A stretch of DNA of 51,592 nt from Bacteroidales bacterium. Lineage in GTDB: Bacteria; Bacteroidota; Bacteroidia; Bacteroidales; WCHB1-69. The notes beneath the pieces were generated by a model that was given only the letters and a program-made list of their open reading frames with translations, did no database searches and was not told where the DNA came from. How positions within the stretch are numbered: the first letter of the stretch is position 1; each line of letters starts with the position of its first letter. This document shows positions 39,791 to 49,563 of the stretch, one piece after another. The stretch covers positions 1-51,592 of the forward strand of contig DUOL01000037.1 in NCBI GenBank assembly GCA_012838875.1. The letters are read 5' to 3'. The translations under genes were made by a program, and so were the position numbers.

Positions 39791-40174
39791 ATGAAAACGC
39801 GATTATTTATACCCATAGTAATTTGTCTTTTTTCCTTGTTTTTATGTACGCAATGTAAAAAAGATAAAAGTTGTAAAGCAATCATACACGTATATTTTTC
39901 AAACAACGGCATTGATGCAGAAGAGCCTGCCGCAGGCGCTTACGTAGCCATAGGACAAAATGCAAATTATGCTGATTTCGCTAAGGCTGAAGGGTATACT
40001 AATGAACAAGGAATTTTTGAACATTCCTTTTTATATGAAGCATCCTTAGAAGTATATGCTACGTCTTCTAAAGATGTAGGCGATGTGCCTATCATGTACG
40101 CCGGAGCAACGCAAATCAAACTGGAAGCCGGTGAAACTACCGAAATCGACCTGCTTATAATCCCTGTTCAGTAA
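39791..40174 (+). CDS. Small hypothetical lipoprotein
   Basis: MKTRLFIPIVICLFSLFLCTQC has a lipobox. The ATG at 39791 is preferred over the GTG at 39764, which abuts the promoter box. Confidence 0.6.
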   Translation: MKTRLFIPIVICLFSLFLCTQCKKDKSCKAIIHVYFSNNGIDAEEPAAGAYVAIGQNANYADFAKAEGYTNEQGIFEHSFLYEASLEVYATSSKDVGDVPIMYAGATQIKLEAGETTEIDLLIIPVQ

Positions 40175-40216
40175 TATCGTTTACTATCTTTTTTGTTTTA
40201 CCATATTTATTAAACC

Positions 40217-41590
40217 TTGAAACCCGAAAAAAAAGGAGTTGTTTTTTTAATAGTAGCTACTATTGTTCTTTTTTCGACTTTTTTTATTCTTAAAGATAAA
40301 AATATCATTATTCCTATAGAACAGGTGGATAGCAAAAACAGCGATAAAAAATCGGACGAGAACGTACTACATGTATTATTGTTTACTCATTACACTGATT
40401 ATTTTATTCATCAAGGTATACCTATGGGTTTTCAATATGAGCTTCTCCAAAAACTAACAACATCTTTAGATAAAAAAATAGATATCACTCTTGAAAATGA
40501 CCCAAATTTAGCATTTTCAGCTGTTTTTTCTAACCAATATGACATTGTAGCTATGGATTTTAAACAGAGTGCTATCGTAAAACAATTAGTAACTACTTCT
40601 CTCCCTCATTCGCAATCTTATCCCGTTTTAATTGAAAGAAAAGGAAAGAAAAACGATAATATCGACACTATTCATAGAATATATATTCCGGCTCATTTCC
40701 CCTCTTTTATTTATCTTGATTCTTTACCTGAAAATACAATTTGGAAAATTAAATACAGTAGCTCTTACACTATCGAAGAACTTTATGATTTATTAGACGC
40801 AAAAAAAATAGATTATCTTGTATCCGATTACCATACGGCTTTAACGTTACTTCCATTCTATTCAAATCTAAAAATAAGTTATAGGTTAGGTGACAATTAT
40901 GATAGAAATTGGGTGTTAAATGATAATAATCATGGTTTGAATAAACAGATTAATCATTGGCTCTCTGATTTTACACAGTCAACAAAATATAAAATTCTCA
41001 CTCGCAAGTACTTTACCCCGTACAATACAAAAAACATTCCGGATTTAGAATCACGTTATAAGAAAATATCACCTTACGACCTTATGATAAAAAAGCATGC
41101 GAAAAAGAGTGGTATAGATTGGCGCTTTATTGCCTCCATAATGTATCAAGAATCGCGCTTCGTAGCAACGGCTGTCGGTATTGGGAACAGTTTCGGACTT
41201 ATGCAGTTCATGCCGTCTACAGGCGAACGATATAACGTTTCGCAAAATTCTTCCGAAGAAGAACAAATTAAAGCAGGTGTCGAATATTTACAATCAATGC
41301 ATAAATATTTTTCCGATATTGAAAATGATGAAGAACGTTTAAAATTTCTTTGTGCAAGTTACAACGCAGGCGCCGGGCACATACAAGATGCTCGGCGACT
41401 ATGCAAAAAACATGGTGAAAATGACAAAAATTGGGAAAATGTGTCAAAATATCTGATTTTAAAGTCGAAAAAAAGATTCTTTGAAGACGAAGTGGTTAAA
41501 AACGGTTACTTCCCGGGCAATCATACCGTTAAATATGTTGAAGAAGTTTGGACACGTTATATCGCTTATAAAGCAATTATTCATAAATAG
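40217..41590 (+). CDS. Membrane-bound lytic murein transglycosylase, MltF-like (SBP-like domain plus SLT domain)
   Basis: SLT catalytic region IMYQESRF...GLMQFMPSTG. The N-terminal half resembles a solute-binding fold. The TTG start is taken from the ORF track because no ATG precedes the TM helix. Confidence 0.75.
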   Translation: MKPEKKGVVFLIVATIVLFSTFFILKDKNIIIPIEQVDSKNSDKKSDENVLHVLLFTHYTDYFIHQGIPMGFQYELLQKLTTSLDKKIDITLENDPNLAFSAVFSNQYDIVAMDFKQSAIVKQLVTTSLPHSQSYPVLIERKGKKNDNIDTIHRIYIPAHFPSFIYLDSLPENTIWKIKYSSSYTIEELYDLLDAKKIDYLVSDYHTALTLLPFYSNLKISYRLGDNYDRNWVLNDNNHGLNKQINHWLSDFTQSTKYKILTRKYFTPYNTKNIPDLESRYKKISPYDLMIKKHAKKSGIDWRFIASIMYQESRFVATAVGIGNSFGLMQFMPSTGERYNVSQNSSEEEQIKAGVEYLQSMHKYFSDIENDEERLKFLCASYNAGAGHIQDARRLCKKHGENDKNWENVSKYLILKSKKRFFEDEVVKNGYFPGNHTVKYVEEVWTRYIAYKAIIHK

Positions 41591-41615
41591 TAAAATTTAA
41601 CGAAGAATAATTTAC

Positions 41616-41623
41616 TATTTTTG
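41616..41623 (+). promoter_or_regulatory. Bacteroidota -7 promoter box (TATTTTTG)
   Basis: Matches TAnnTTTG 20 nt upstream of the ATG at 41643. Confidence 0.4.
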
Positions 41624-41642
41624 CACTTTAATATAAAAGCTA

Positions 41643-42047
41643 ATGAAAGTTTCTGCTACACAAAATAATGTCAACGCATCTACTGAAAAAATATATCAGT
41701 TGATTGCAAATCCGAGAAATTTCTCACGCTCCCTGCCTGAACAAATTACTATTGAAGAAGTTACTGACGATTATTGTAAATTCAACATTCCCGGCGTTAC
41801 CAGCTTGACGTTAAGAATAGCTGAAAAGAATCCTTTTTCTAATATCACCTATGCCGCTGAAAATGACAAAAATATAACCACTTCGATTGCCATTTCTCTT
41901 CAAGCTATTCAAGACAATCTCTCCTCGTTGACCGTTGAAATTGATGTAGCAATTCCTATATTTTTAGCAGGAATGGCGAAAAATCCATTACAAAATTTAG
42001 TTACTTTAATCGCTGAAAGAATAAAGGTAAAAGCTGAAACAGAATAA
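41643..42047 (+). CDS. Small hypothetical protein, possibly SRPBCC-like
   Basis: 134 aa, located 3 nt upstream of lptB. The fold guess rests on size and pattern only. Confidence 0.45.
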   Translation: MKVSATQNNVNASTEKIYQLIANPRNFSRSLPEQITIEEVTDDYCKFNIPGVTSLTLRIAEKNPFSNITYAAENDKNITTSIAISLQAIQDNLSSLTVEIDVAIPIFLAGMAKNPLQNLVTLIAERIKVKAETE

Positions 42048-42050
42048 ATT

Positions 42051-42788
42051 ATGGAACAGAATACTATAAGAACGGAAAATCTTACCAAAAAATATCGTTC
42101 TCGTACAGTCGTCAATGACGTTTCCATTGAAGTAAAACAGGGCGAAATTGTCGGTCTATTAGGACCTAACGGTGCCGGAAAAACCACCTCCTTTTATATG
42201 ATTGTAGGGTTGATTAAGCCCTATTTTGGTAATGTTTATCTAAATGAGACCAATATTACAAAATTTCCTATGTACAAGCGTGCTCAAATGGGCATCTCCT
42301 ATTTGCCGCAGGAAGCGTCCGTTTTCCGTCATTTGAGTGTTGAAAATAACATTAAGGCAATTTTAGAATTTACATCATTGAGCAAAGAAGCGCAAAAATC
42401 GCGTTTAGAGGAGTTGATTAATGAGTTTAATTTACATAAAGTTAGAAAAAACTTAGGGAATAATCTATCGGGAGGTGAGCGAAGACGTACTGAAATCGCT
42501 CGTTGTTTAGCAGCGAATCCGAAATTCATCTTGTTGGACGAGCCGTTTGCGGGCGTAGACCCGATTGCGGTGGAAGATATTCAATCTATTGTCGCCCAAT
42601 TAAAGAACAAAAATATTGGCATCTTAATTACCGACCATAACGTACACGAAACACTCTCCATCACGGACAGAGCTTATCTGCTTTTTGAAGGAAGATTGTT
42701 AAAATCGGGGACGGCTCAAGAGTTAGCCGAAGACGAATATGTAAAGAAAGTCTATCTGGGTAAAAATTTTGAGTTAAGAAAATATTAG
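42051..42788 (+). CDS. lptB: LPS export ABC transporter ATP-binding protein
   Basis: Walker [10 protein letters not shown], signature [16 protein letters not shown], Walker B ILLDEP. The length and C-terminal tail are typical of LptB. Confidence 0.85.
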   Translation: MEQNTIRTENLTKKYRSRTVVNDVSIEVKQGEIVGLLGPNGAGKTTSFYMIVGLIKPYFGNVYLNETNITKFPMYKRAQMGISYLPQEASVFRHLSVENNIKAILEFTSLSKEAQKSRLEELINEFNLHKVRKNLGNNLSGGERRRTEIARCLAANPKFILLDEPFAGVDPIAVEDIQSIVAQLKNKNIGILITDHNVHETLSITDRAYLLFEGRLLKSGTAQELAEDEYVKKVYLGKNFELRKY

Positions 42789-42795
42789 TTTTTTT

Positions 42796-44802
42796 TTAAT
42801 TATCCAAAATCAAAAAGACGGTACGTCTATTTTTCGCACGCCCCTCCTCCGTACTATTCGGCACAATGGGCATTAATTCACCGTAACCTTTATAACGAAG
42901 TCGTTGAGGGGAAACTTTTTTCTCAATAATATAACGATAAACGGACTCCGCCCTTTTTTCCGATAGTATCTGGTTATCTTCTTCTGTTCCAATATCATCG
43001 GTATGACCTTGTATTTCCACTTTTATCGTAGGATTATCCTCTAAAAATTCGACAAATAAATCGATTATTGCCCGCGATTTTGCGGTTAAATCCCATTTAT
43101 TAGTTGCAAAATAGATATTATTCAAATTATAACTTTTCCCCTTTTCAATCTTCTCAATATCAATATCGTCCGTTACAATTCTCTTTTCAATTTCTTCCAC
43201 GGTAATCAGCCGTGTATCGTAGGCATACCCCTCATTTTTAACATTAAGAATCAATTCTTCTTGCCCATCTTTTTTAATTTCTGCGGCTATGGCATACTTT
43301 CCCGAATATTCGTTAACTTTTGTTTCGGCGATAATATTCGAAGCGGTGTCACGTATTTGAACAATCGCTTCAATTTTATCACCTTCTACATCTTTAATCT
43401 CTCCTTTAATTAACAGCATATTTCGAGGACGTGCCTCTTCGTGTAATTCAAACTGATATATATTCCAATCTTTTCCATCTATATGATTGGAAGAAAAATA
43501 GGCGATATCGCCTTTAAGATTAACAAAAAAATCCACTTCATCCATTTCCGTATTGATAGGATAGCCGATATTGACCGGTTTTTGCCACCCTTTTTCGCCT
43601 AATTTAGAATAGAAAATATCCATGCCACCCATGCCGTCGTGTCCCGCCGAAGAGAAATAGAGTGTTTTACTATCGGTATGTAAAAAGGGCGAGCGTTCAT
43701 TGCGTGAAGTATTAATCATAGGACCGACATTTTTCGGTTTTCTCCATTTACCATCATCTCCTCTTTCTGTATACCAAATATCTGAACCGCCGAAGCCACC
43801 GGGGCGGTCGCTGGCAAAAAAGAGTAATTGTCCGTTGGAACTTAAAGAGGGCTGCGATTCCCACGAATCTATACGATTAACACTATCACCCAAATTTGCA
43901 GGTTCCGTCCACTCTCCACCTATCAATTCCGAATAATACAAATCATAATTGGGATAGTTTTGATTATTTATTTTCACATTAGTAACTTTCACAAATATCA
44001 AAAAATCGTTCCGTAGATTCACGGTCGGACTTCCTTCGTTATTTCCATCTTGATTAAATGGATAAGGCATCGGTTCTCCGACTTCAAAATCACCATTCTT
44101 ATTTCGTTTGCTATATGAAAAGTATTCACGATCTACGTAGTTTTCTTGAAAATATGCCTCTTGCATTTTAATAGTTTTTCGTCTCGTGAAATAAAAATAC
44201 TCATCATCTGGAGAAATAGTAGCCAAATACTCATCATGATGCGTAGAAATTCCCACAACGGGCTTAGGGTCAAATTTCACAGGATTTGATAAAATTTTTT
44301 GATAAAAATTTGATTTTTTAATAATCATTTCCGCCTCTTCAACGTAGGTGGATTTTTTTATCAAATCGGGATTTTCTACAATGACAGTTGCAAATTTTAT
44401 AGCATCATCAAAATTTTCAAGTAAATAAGAGAGGCGAGCGGCGTAAAGATGAACCTGAATATTATAAAATGGACATACATCGTACATCTTTTGGATAACA
44501 CGAATTGCATTTTTTGCATCTTGTGTGTTTTCTATAAGCAGTCCGTTAAGTTCAATCGGCAAATAATAACCGAGAGCTAAATAGTAGTTAACTTCCAAAT
44601 TATCCGGATATTCTTCCAAAATTTCATAATAAATTTTAAATGCTTCTTTTTTCTTACCTTCTTTTTGCAACTCACGACCTTTTTTAAACTCTCTTTCTAC
44701 TTGTTTGCTCATTTTCTGCACACAAGGGTCTTCCTCTTCCTGTGCTTTTAAAGTAGGGAAAATTAAAATGATTTGAAGTAAAAAAAGAAAGAGAAATCGC
44801 AT
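42796..44802 (-). CDS. OmpA-family protein with TPR region, TolB-like (PD40) repeats and C-terminal OmpA domain
   Basis: PD40-like repeats (SPTVNLRNDFLIF, PSLSSNGQLLFFASDRPGGFGGSDIWY, PFLHTDSKTLYFSSAGHDGMGGMDIFY). The OmpA-like C-terminus has GHTDDIGTEEDNQILSEKRAESV. Confidence 0.8.
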   Translation of the reverse strand: MRFLFLFLLQIILIFPTLKAQEEEDPCVQKMSKQVEREFKKGRELQKEGKKKEAFKIYYEILEEYPDNLEVNYYLALGYYLPIELNGLLIENTQDAKNAIRVIQKMYDVCPFYNIQVHLYAARLSYLLENFDDAIKFATVIVENPDLIKKSTYVEEAEMIIKKSNFYQKILSNPVKFDPKPVVGISTHHDEYLATISPDDEYFYFTRRKTIKMQEAYFQENYVDREYFSYSKRNKNGDFEVGEPMPYPFNQDGNNEGSPTVNLRNDFLIFVKVTNVKINNQNYPNYDLYYSELIGGEWTEPANLGDSVNRIDSWESQPSLSSNGQLLFFASDRPGGFGGSDIWYTERGDDGKWRKPKNVGPMINTSRNERSPFLHTDSKTLYFSSAGHDGMGGMDIFYSKLGEKGWQKPVNIGYPINTEMDEVDFFVNLKGDIAYFSSNHIDGKDWNIYQFELHEEARPRNMLLIKGEIKDVEGDKIEAIVQIRDTASNIIAETKVNEYSGKYAIAAEIKKDGQEELILNVKNEGYAYDTRLITVEEIEKRIVTDDIDIEKIEKGKSYNLNNIYFATNKWDLTAKSRAIIDLFVEFLEDNPTIKVEIQGHTDDIGTEEDNQILSEKRAESVYRYIIEKKVSPQRLRYKGYGELMPIVPNSTEEGRAKNRRTVFLILDN

Positions 44803-44847
44803 ACGATGAGTTATTGTTACATAATAATAAAGTTACCTTTACAAATG

Positions 44848-44855
44848 CAAAAATA
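44848..44855 (-). promoter_or_regulatory. Bacteroidota -7 promoter box (TATTTTTG on minus strand)
   Basis: Matches TAnnTTTG 46 nt upstream of the ATG at 44802. Confidence 0.35.
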
Positions 44856-44887
44856 ACAATTTTAAAACGAATTATAAAGAAAAAAGA

Positions 44888-46249
44888 TTAGTTTTTGATA
44901 CAACGAACACTATAACCATAATCTTTGGGAATCAATTCCATAAGCCCGGTTTCACAACTATAGCTTAAATGGAATGTCTCTGCTCTGTCATTATTTCCCA
45001 CTGCTGAAGTCCAATAATAGGCATTTCCTCGCAAGTTGTAAAAGTTATTACTGATAGGATTGTAGTAACCGCCCGGAAGTGAGGTAAAATCGGTTGCATT
45101 ATTACCCGGTACTATCCAATAATTCGGACTTTTCAGCTCATCGACGGGATAAGCAGTAAGGTTTCTATACTGTTCGGCTGTAGGGATATGCCAACCATCA
45201 GGGCAAAGACCTTGTATGGTATCCGAAATTGCCCCGTCATATCCGACCGGTAATCGCAGTGCCGAATACCAATCATACAATCTACCATAGATTGCTAAAT
45301 TCAAACTAGTATCAGGATACATCGCAGCCCAATAAACATGTGTTTCAGGAATAGAAGTTCCGTCCGTATAGAGTGTTGCTGCTGAGTTTTCTTTAGTCCA
45401 ACAATCGCAACCGACACGAACTGTATTATATCGTATATTATTCCCGTCATAAGCATAAAAACCATCACCACAAGGCGGAAAGGCAACAATAACATTCTGC
45501 GTACAATACAACACTTTATCAGCGATTGACAATGTCCATAAAACCGGAGTAGTATCACCGACAATGTATCGTAACGGTTCGTTATTTTGCATAGCTATAG
45601 GATATGGAACAACTTGTGGATGTTGGAGCGGGAAATTGGGGATATCGCTAATACTATAACCGGCTACCAAATGGGTGTCGGTAGGACAGGTTGCAACATA
45701 AACCATTACACCAACCGTGCTATCACAACCATGAATGGTTGGTAAAATAATCGTGTGATCTCCTTCACTATATAATATCGTGGAATCGTTATAGGCATAC
45801 GGTAATTGTGAATCATACACTAGGAGTGTATCTGTAACAAAATAGATGGGATGTATAGTAAGGTACAACTCGGCAACGGTGTCATAACGATGATACGAGG
45901 AGATTGGATAGTAGTTATCGGTAAAAAAATCTCCCGCTGTGTGTAAAGGCATATCAAAATTATGATGTTGATAATGCATTGTAGAATCTGCTTCTTGGCA
46001 GACCGTATCCATAATAATAGTATAAATAATATAAGGTTGCTGAACTCCTGCCGTAGCGGCTCCATTATTCTCAAGATGGGCGGCAAAGACTTGCCCATAC
46101 GTAAAAGTAACGTACTCTTGTTGAGGATCAAAAAAATCACCCATTTGAGACCCGATAGAAAGAAATCCTGACTGGGCAAATCCTTTTAAACTAAACAAAA
46201 ACAAGAAAAAAAAGAAGAAAATATTTCTTACTATTTCTTTAAAATGCAT
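44888..46249 (-). CDS. FISUMP-domain (Fibrobacter succinogenes major paralogous domain) secreted protein
   Basis: The C-terminal part carries YGRLYDWYSA...CPDGWHIPTAEQYRNL...FTSLPGGYY...GNAYYWTS...YSVRCIKN, the pattern I associate with TIGR02145. Signal peptide present. The N-terminal roughly 300 aa are unassigned. Confidence 0.7.
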   Translation of the reverse strand: MHFKEIVRNIFFFFFLFLFSLKGFAQSGFLSIGSQMGDFFDPQQEYVTFTYGQVFAAHLENNGAATAGVQQPYIIYTIIMDTVCQEADSTMHYQHHNFDMPLHTAGDFFTDNYYPISSYHRYDTVAELYLTIHPIYFVTDTLLVYDSQLPYAYNDSTILYSEGDHTIILPTIHGCDSTVGVMVYVATCPTDTHLVAGYSISDIPNFPLQHPQVVPYPIAMQNNEPLRYIVGDTTPVLWTLSIADKVLYCTQNVIVAFPPCGDGFYAYDGNNIRYNTVRVGCDCWTKENSAATLYTDGTSIPETHVYWAAMYPDTSLNLAIYGRLYDWYSALRLPVGYDGAISDTIQGLCPDGWHIPTAEQYRNLTAYPVDELKSPNYWIVPGNNATDFTSLPGGYYNPISNNFYNLRGNAYYWTSAVGNNDRAETFHLSYSCETGLMELIPKDYGYSVRCIKN

Positions 46250-46302
46250 ATATTTATTAGACTTTTTAGATTTTGTTAAGAATACTCCTAAAATTTAAGG
46301 GG

Positions 46303-46310
46303 CAAAAATA
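46303..46310 (-). promoter_or_regulatory. Bacteroidota -7 promoter box (TATTTTTG on minus strand)
   Basis: Matches TAnnTTTG 54 nt upstream of the ATG at 46249. Confidence 0.35.
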
Positions 46311-46380
46311 CAAAAAAAAATAATACAATCCATTAATTTCATTTCAAAATCTTTTTTATTTTTTTGTTGTGTTTTTTTTA

Positions 46381-46388
46381 TATATTTG
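46381..46388 (+). promoter_or_regulatory. Bacteroidota -7 promoter box (TATATTTG)
   Basis: Matches TAnnTTTG 62 nt upstream of the secDF ATG at 46450. Confidence 0.35.
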
Positions 46389-46449
46389 CAAACTTAAAAA
46401 AAAGGTATAAAAATTATTTAATTCAGTATTAATCAAATATATAAAAATT

Positions 46450-49400
46450 ATGCGCAACAAAGGATTGATTCTATTTTTCACAATACTCATTGCACTAACT
46501 TGCTTATATTGTTTATCATTCACTTTTGCCACTTGGCGGGTAGAAAAGGCAGCTAAGGAGTACGCACAAGATACGAAAAGTATAGAAGAAGTAAGAGCTA
46601 AAGCTGACGGAAATGCAATGTTAGAGAAACAATTAGTAGATTCTCTTATTTCGGAACGTGAGCATCAATATCTCATGAGAATGAACGATTCCGTTATTTT
46701 TCTTGGATCTACCTATAAAGAATGTAAATACAAAGAATTAAATATGGGATTGGACTTAAAAGGCGGTATGAATGTAACGTTAGAGATTGCCATTCCCGAT
46801 ATTGTTGAAAGTTTAGCCGAAAATACGACTGACCCTCTCTTTGCTAATAGTTTTAATAAAGCCCTCGAAACCTATTCTAAGACACAAGGTGATTTTGTTG
46901 ACATTTTTGTTGAGGCTTTTAACAATGAAAAAATTGAATTAAAGTTAGAAAATGCAAATTTAAGAACCTATTTTGGAGAACGTGCGGGTATAAAAAATGC
47001 AAAAGATGAAGATATTATTAAATTTATAAAACAAGAATCGGATGAAATTGTAGATAGAACATTTAAAATTCTCCGTACACGTATTGACCGTTTTGGTGTT
47101 GCACAACCCAATTTACAACGTCTACAAAGAGGTCGTATTTTAGTGGAACTACCCGGCATTAAAGAACCTGAACGTGTTACCGATTTATTAAAAAGTACAG
47201 CGAAATTAGAGTTTTGGGAAGTTTATAACGATGTTGTAGGAGGACAAACTATCCAACAACGCTTTCAAAAAGCGGATATACAGTTAGCTAAAGAATTAAA
47301 AGCTAAAAAAGAGTTTGAAAAAGACACCACTGCGAAAGATACTACGGCACTCGCTTTACAAGGATTAGATACTACTTCTGTTGAAAACAGCGAAGAAATA
47401 GGTGCTATTCTAAGCAAAGCAGTTGCAGGAAACGACGGAATAGCTATCGCCTACTTTAGAGAAGCCGATATGAAGGAGATTGACAAACTCTTACCCAATA
47501 TCACGCGTATTATGGGTGATAAAAGTATTGTTTTCTATTGGGGATCTCCTGAAAAACAATTTAAAAATGCATATCCTCTCGTACCTTTAAAAAGAAATAA
47601 TGATCGTATCGGACCTATTTTAAGTTCTGAAACTGTCGGTGGGGCACGCGTAGTTCGTACAGCGCGTCAAGATATTGACCAAAACAATAGAACTGTAGTT
47701 GTTATGACAATGGAAGATCGTGCTACGGAAGAGTGGCGTAAAATAACAAAAGCCGCTGTTGATAATAAAAGTAAAGCAACTTTTATTGCCATTGTTCTTG
47801 ATGAATTTGTTTATTCTCACCCACACGTAAAAAGCGAAATTCCTAACGGAACTTCTGAAATCTCCGGTAATTTCACTATTGATGAAGCCAAAGACTTGGC
47901 TACCGTGTTGAATTCCGGAAACTTAGAAGCAAAAGTTAATATCGTCCAATCAGAAATTGTCGGACCAACCTTAGGAAAAGAGTCCATTCAAGCAGGATTT
48001 CTCTCATTCCTCGTAGCCTTTCTCATTGTATTAGCTTTTATGTTATTATATTATGACCGTGCCGGATACGTAGCAAATTTAGCACTATTTACTAACCTTT
48101 TCTTTATTATGGGCGTTTTAGCTTCATTAGGAGCTGTATTAACACTTCCGGGTATTGCGGGGATTGTGCTCGCTCTCGGTATGGCCATTGACGCTAACAT
48201 TATTATATATGAGCGTGTCAGAGAAGAAGTTCGTGCCGGAAAAGGTCTACGACTTGCCATCGAAGACGGATATAAAAATGCCTATTCAGCTATTATTGAC
48301 GGACAAGTTACAACGTTAATAACCGCTATCGTACTCTATATTTTCGGTTCAGGTCCTATCCAAGGATTCGCTACCACTTTAATTATTGGTATCTTATCTT
48401 CATTATTTACGGCTATCTTTATTTCAAGAATAATTTTTGACCAACGTGTGAAAAAAGGAAAAAATATTTCATTCGGGAATAAAATAACTATCAATTTCTT
48501 CACTAATACAAATTTCGACTTCCTCAAACGGAGAAAACTCTTCTACATCATTTCCATTCTTTTATCGCTCATTATGATTATTTCCTTTATATTCCAAGGG
48601 TTGAATCCGGGTATTGACTTTACAGGAGGACGTAATTATGTAGTACGTTTTGACCAAAACATACGTACCGATGAGGTGCGTACTGCTATTGCCGAAGAGT
48701 TCGGTGGCAATCCTGAAGTGAAAACTTTTGGTGGAAATGACCAAGTTAGAATCACTACAAATTACAAAATTGATGAGAACGATGTAAGTGTAGATAAAGA
48801 ATGTGAACAAAAACTCTATAATGCACTAAAAGGTTTTTATCTAAAGAAAGATATTACAGAAAAAGATTTCACACAGCAAACAGACCCGCGCGGTATTCAA
48901 AGCTCTCAAAAAGTTCAACCTTCTATCGCAAGAGAGTTGGTTATAGATGCTTTTTGGGCTGTAGTCGTATCGTTATTCCTTATATTCATTTATATAGCCG
49001 TTAGATTTAAAAATTGGCAGTTCGGACTCGGCGGCGTAGTCTCGCTCATACATGACGCACTGCTTACTATCGGATTATTCTCACTCTTCTACAAAGTAAT
49101 GCCTTTCTCAATGGAAATCGACCAATCCTTTATTGCGGCAATCCTAACGGTTATCGGATACTCCATTAACAACGTAGTAGTTATCTTTGACCGGGTACGT
49201 GAAAATTTAGCTCTCTACCCGAAAAGAGAACTTTACGTCAATTTTAATACCGCTGTTAATTGGACATTAGGGCGAACCATGAACACCTCCGCAACAACAA
49301 CTTTGGTTATTTTAGCAATCTTCATCTTCGGCGGTGAAGTAATTCGCGGTTTCGTCTTTGCCATGGGAGCTGGTATTATCATCGGAACTTATTCTGCTCT

Positions 49401-49485
49401 TTTCGTCTCTACTCCACTTGCTTATGACCTTCTTAAAAATGCAGGAAAAAAAATTAAAAGAACAAAAGTTGAATTAATAAAATAA
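46450..49485 (+). CDS. secDF: Fused protein translocase subunit SecDF
   Basis: 1011 aa with an N-terminal TM helix, a large periplasmic domain and two 6-TM blocks (GIAGIVLALGMAIDANIIIYERVREE and IGYSINNVVVIFDRVREN). The fusion is typical of Bacteroidota. Confidence 0.92.
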   Translation: MRNKGLILFFTILIALTCLYCLSFTFATWRVEKAAKEYAQDTKSIEEVRAKADGNAMLEKQLVDSLISEREHQYLMRMNDSVIFLGSTYKECKYKELNMGLDLKGGMNVTLEIAIPDIVESLAENTTDPLFANSFNKALETYSKTQGDFVDIFVEAFNNEKIELKLENANLRTYFGERAGIKNAKDEDIIKFIKQESDEIVDRTFKILRTRIDRFGVAQPNLQRLQRGRILVELPGIKEPERVTDLLKSTAKLEFWEVYNDVVGGQTIQQRFQKADIQLAKELKAKKEFEKDTTAKDTTALALQGLDTTSVENSEEIGAILSKAVAGNDGIAIAYFREADMKEIDKLLPNITRIMGDKSIVFYWGSPEKQFKNAYPLVPLKRNNDRIGPILSSETVGGARVVRTARQDIDQNNRTVVVMTMEDRATEEWRKITKAAVDNKSKATFIAIVLDEFVYSHPHVKSEIPNGTSEISGNFTIDEAKDLATVLNSGNLEAKVNIVQSEIVGPTLGKESIQAGFLSFLVAFLIVLAFMLLYYDRAGYVANLALFTNLFFIMGVLASLGAVLTLPGIAGIVLALGMAIDANIIIYERVREEVRAGKGLRLAIEDGYKNAYSAIIDGQVTTLITAIVLYIFGSGPIQGFATTLIIGILSSLFTAIFISRIIFDQRVKKGKNISFGNKITINFFTNTNFDFLKRRKLFYIISILLSLIMIISFIFQGLNPGIDFTGGRNYVVRFDQNIRTDEVRTAIAEEFGGNPEVKTFGGNDQVRITTNYKIDENDVSVDKECEQKLYNALKGFYLKKDITEKDFTQQTDPRGIQSSQKVQPSIARELVIDAFWAVVVSLFLIFIYIAVRFKNWQFGLGGVVSLIHDALLTIGLFSLFYKVMPFSMEIDQSFIAAILTVIGYSINNVVVIFDRVRENLALYPKRELYVNFNTAVNWTLGRTMNTSATTTLVILAIFIFGGEVIRGFVFAMGAGIIIGTYSALFVSTPLAYDLLKNAGKKIKRTKVELIK

Positions 49486-49490
49486 TATTG

Positions 49491-49498
49491 TAACTTTG
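49491..49498 (+). promoter_or_regulatory. Bacteroidota -7 promoter box (TAACTTTG)
   Basis: Matches TAnnTTTG 66 nt upstream of the ATG at 49564. Confidence 0.3.
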
Positions 49499-49500
49499 CA

Positions 49501-49548
49501 AATTAAGGTTGCTAATTTTAAAAAAAATCTTATTTTAGCACCTTAATT
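49501..49548 (+). other. AT-rich 14-bp-stem hairpin, either a secDF terminator or a 5' leader structure of the next gene
   Basis: AATTAAGGTTGCTAA pairs with TTAGCACCTTAATT (one bulged T) around a 19-nt A/T loop. It lies 16 nt after the secDF stop and immediately after a -7 box. Confidence 0.45.
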
Positions 49549-49563
49549 TGTATATTTTATTAA

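Noticed and set aside
40225-40235. Homopolymer tracts as phase-variation switches: A8 at the start of the MltF-like CDS, A8 near 34866 and 50361, A9 near 31287, and T9 near 42787.
   Set aside because: Runs of 8-9 A or T are expected frequently in a genome this AT-rich. Without population data showing length variation there is no support for slipped-strand regulation.
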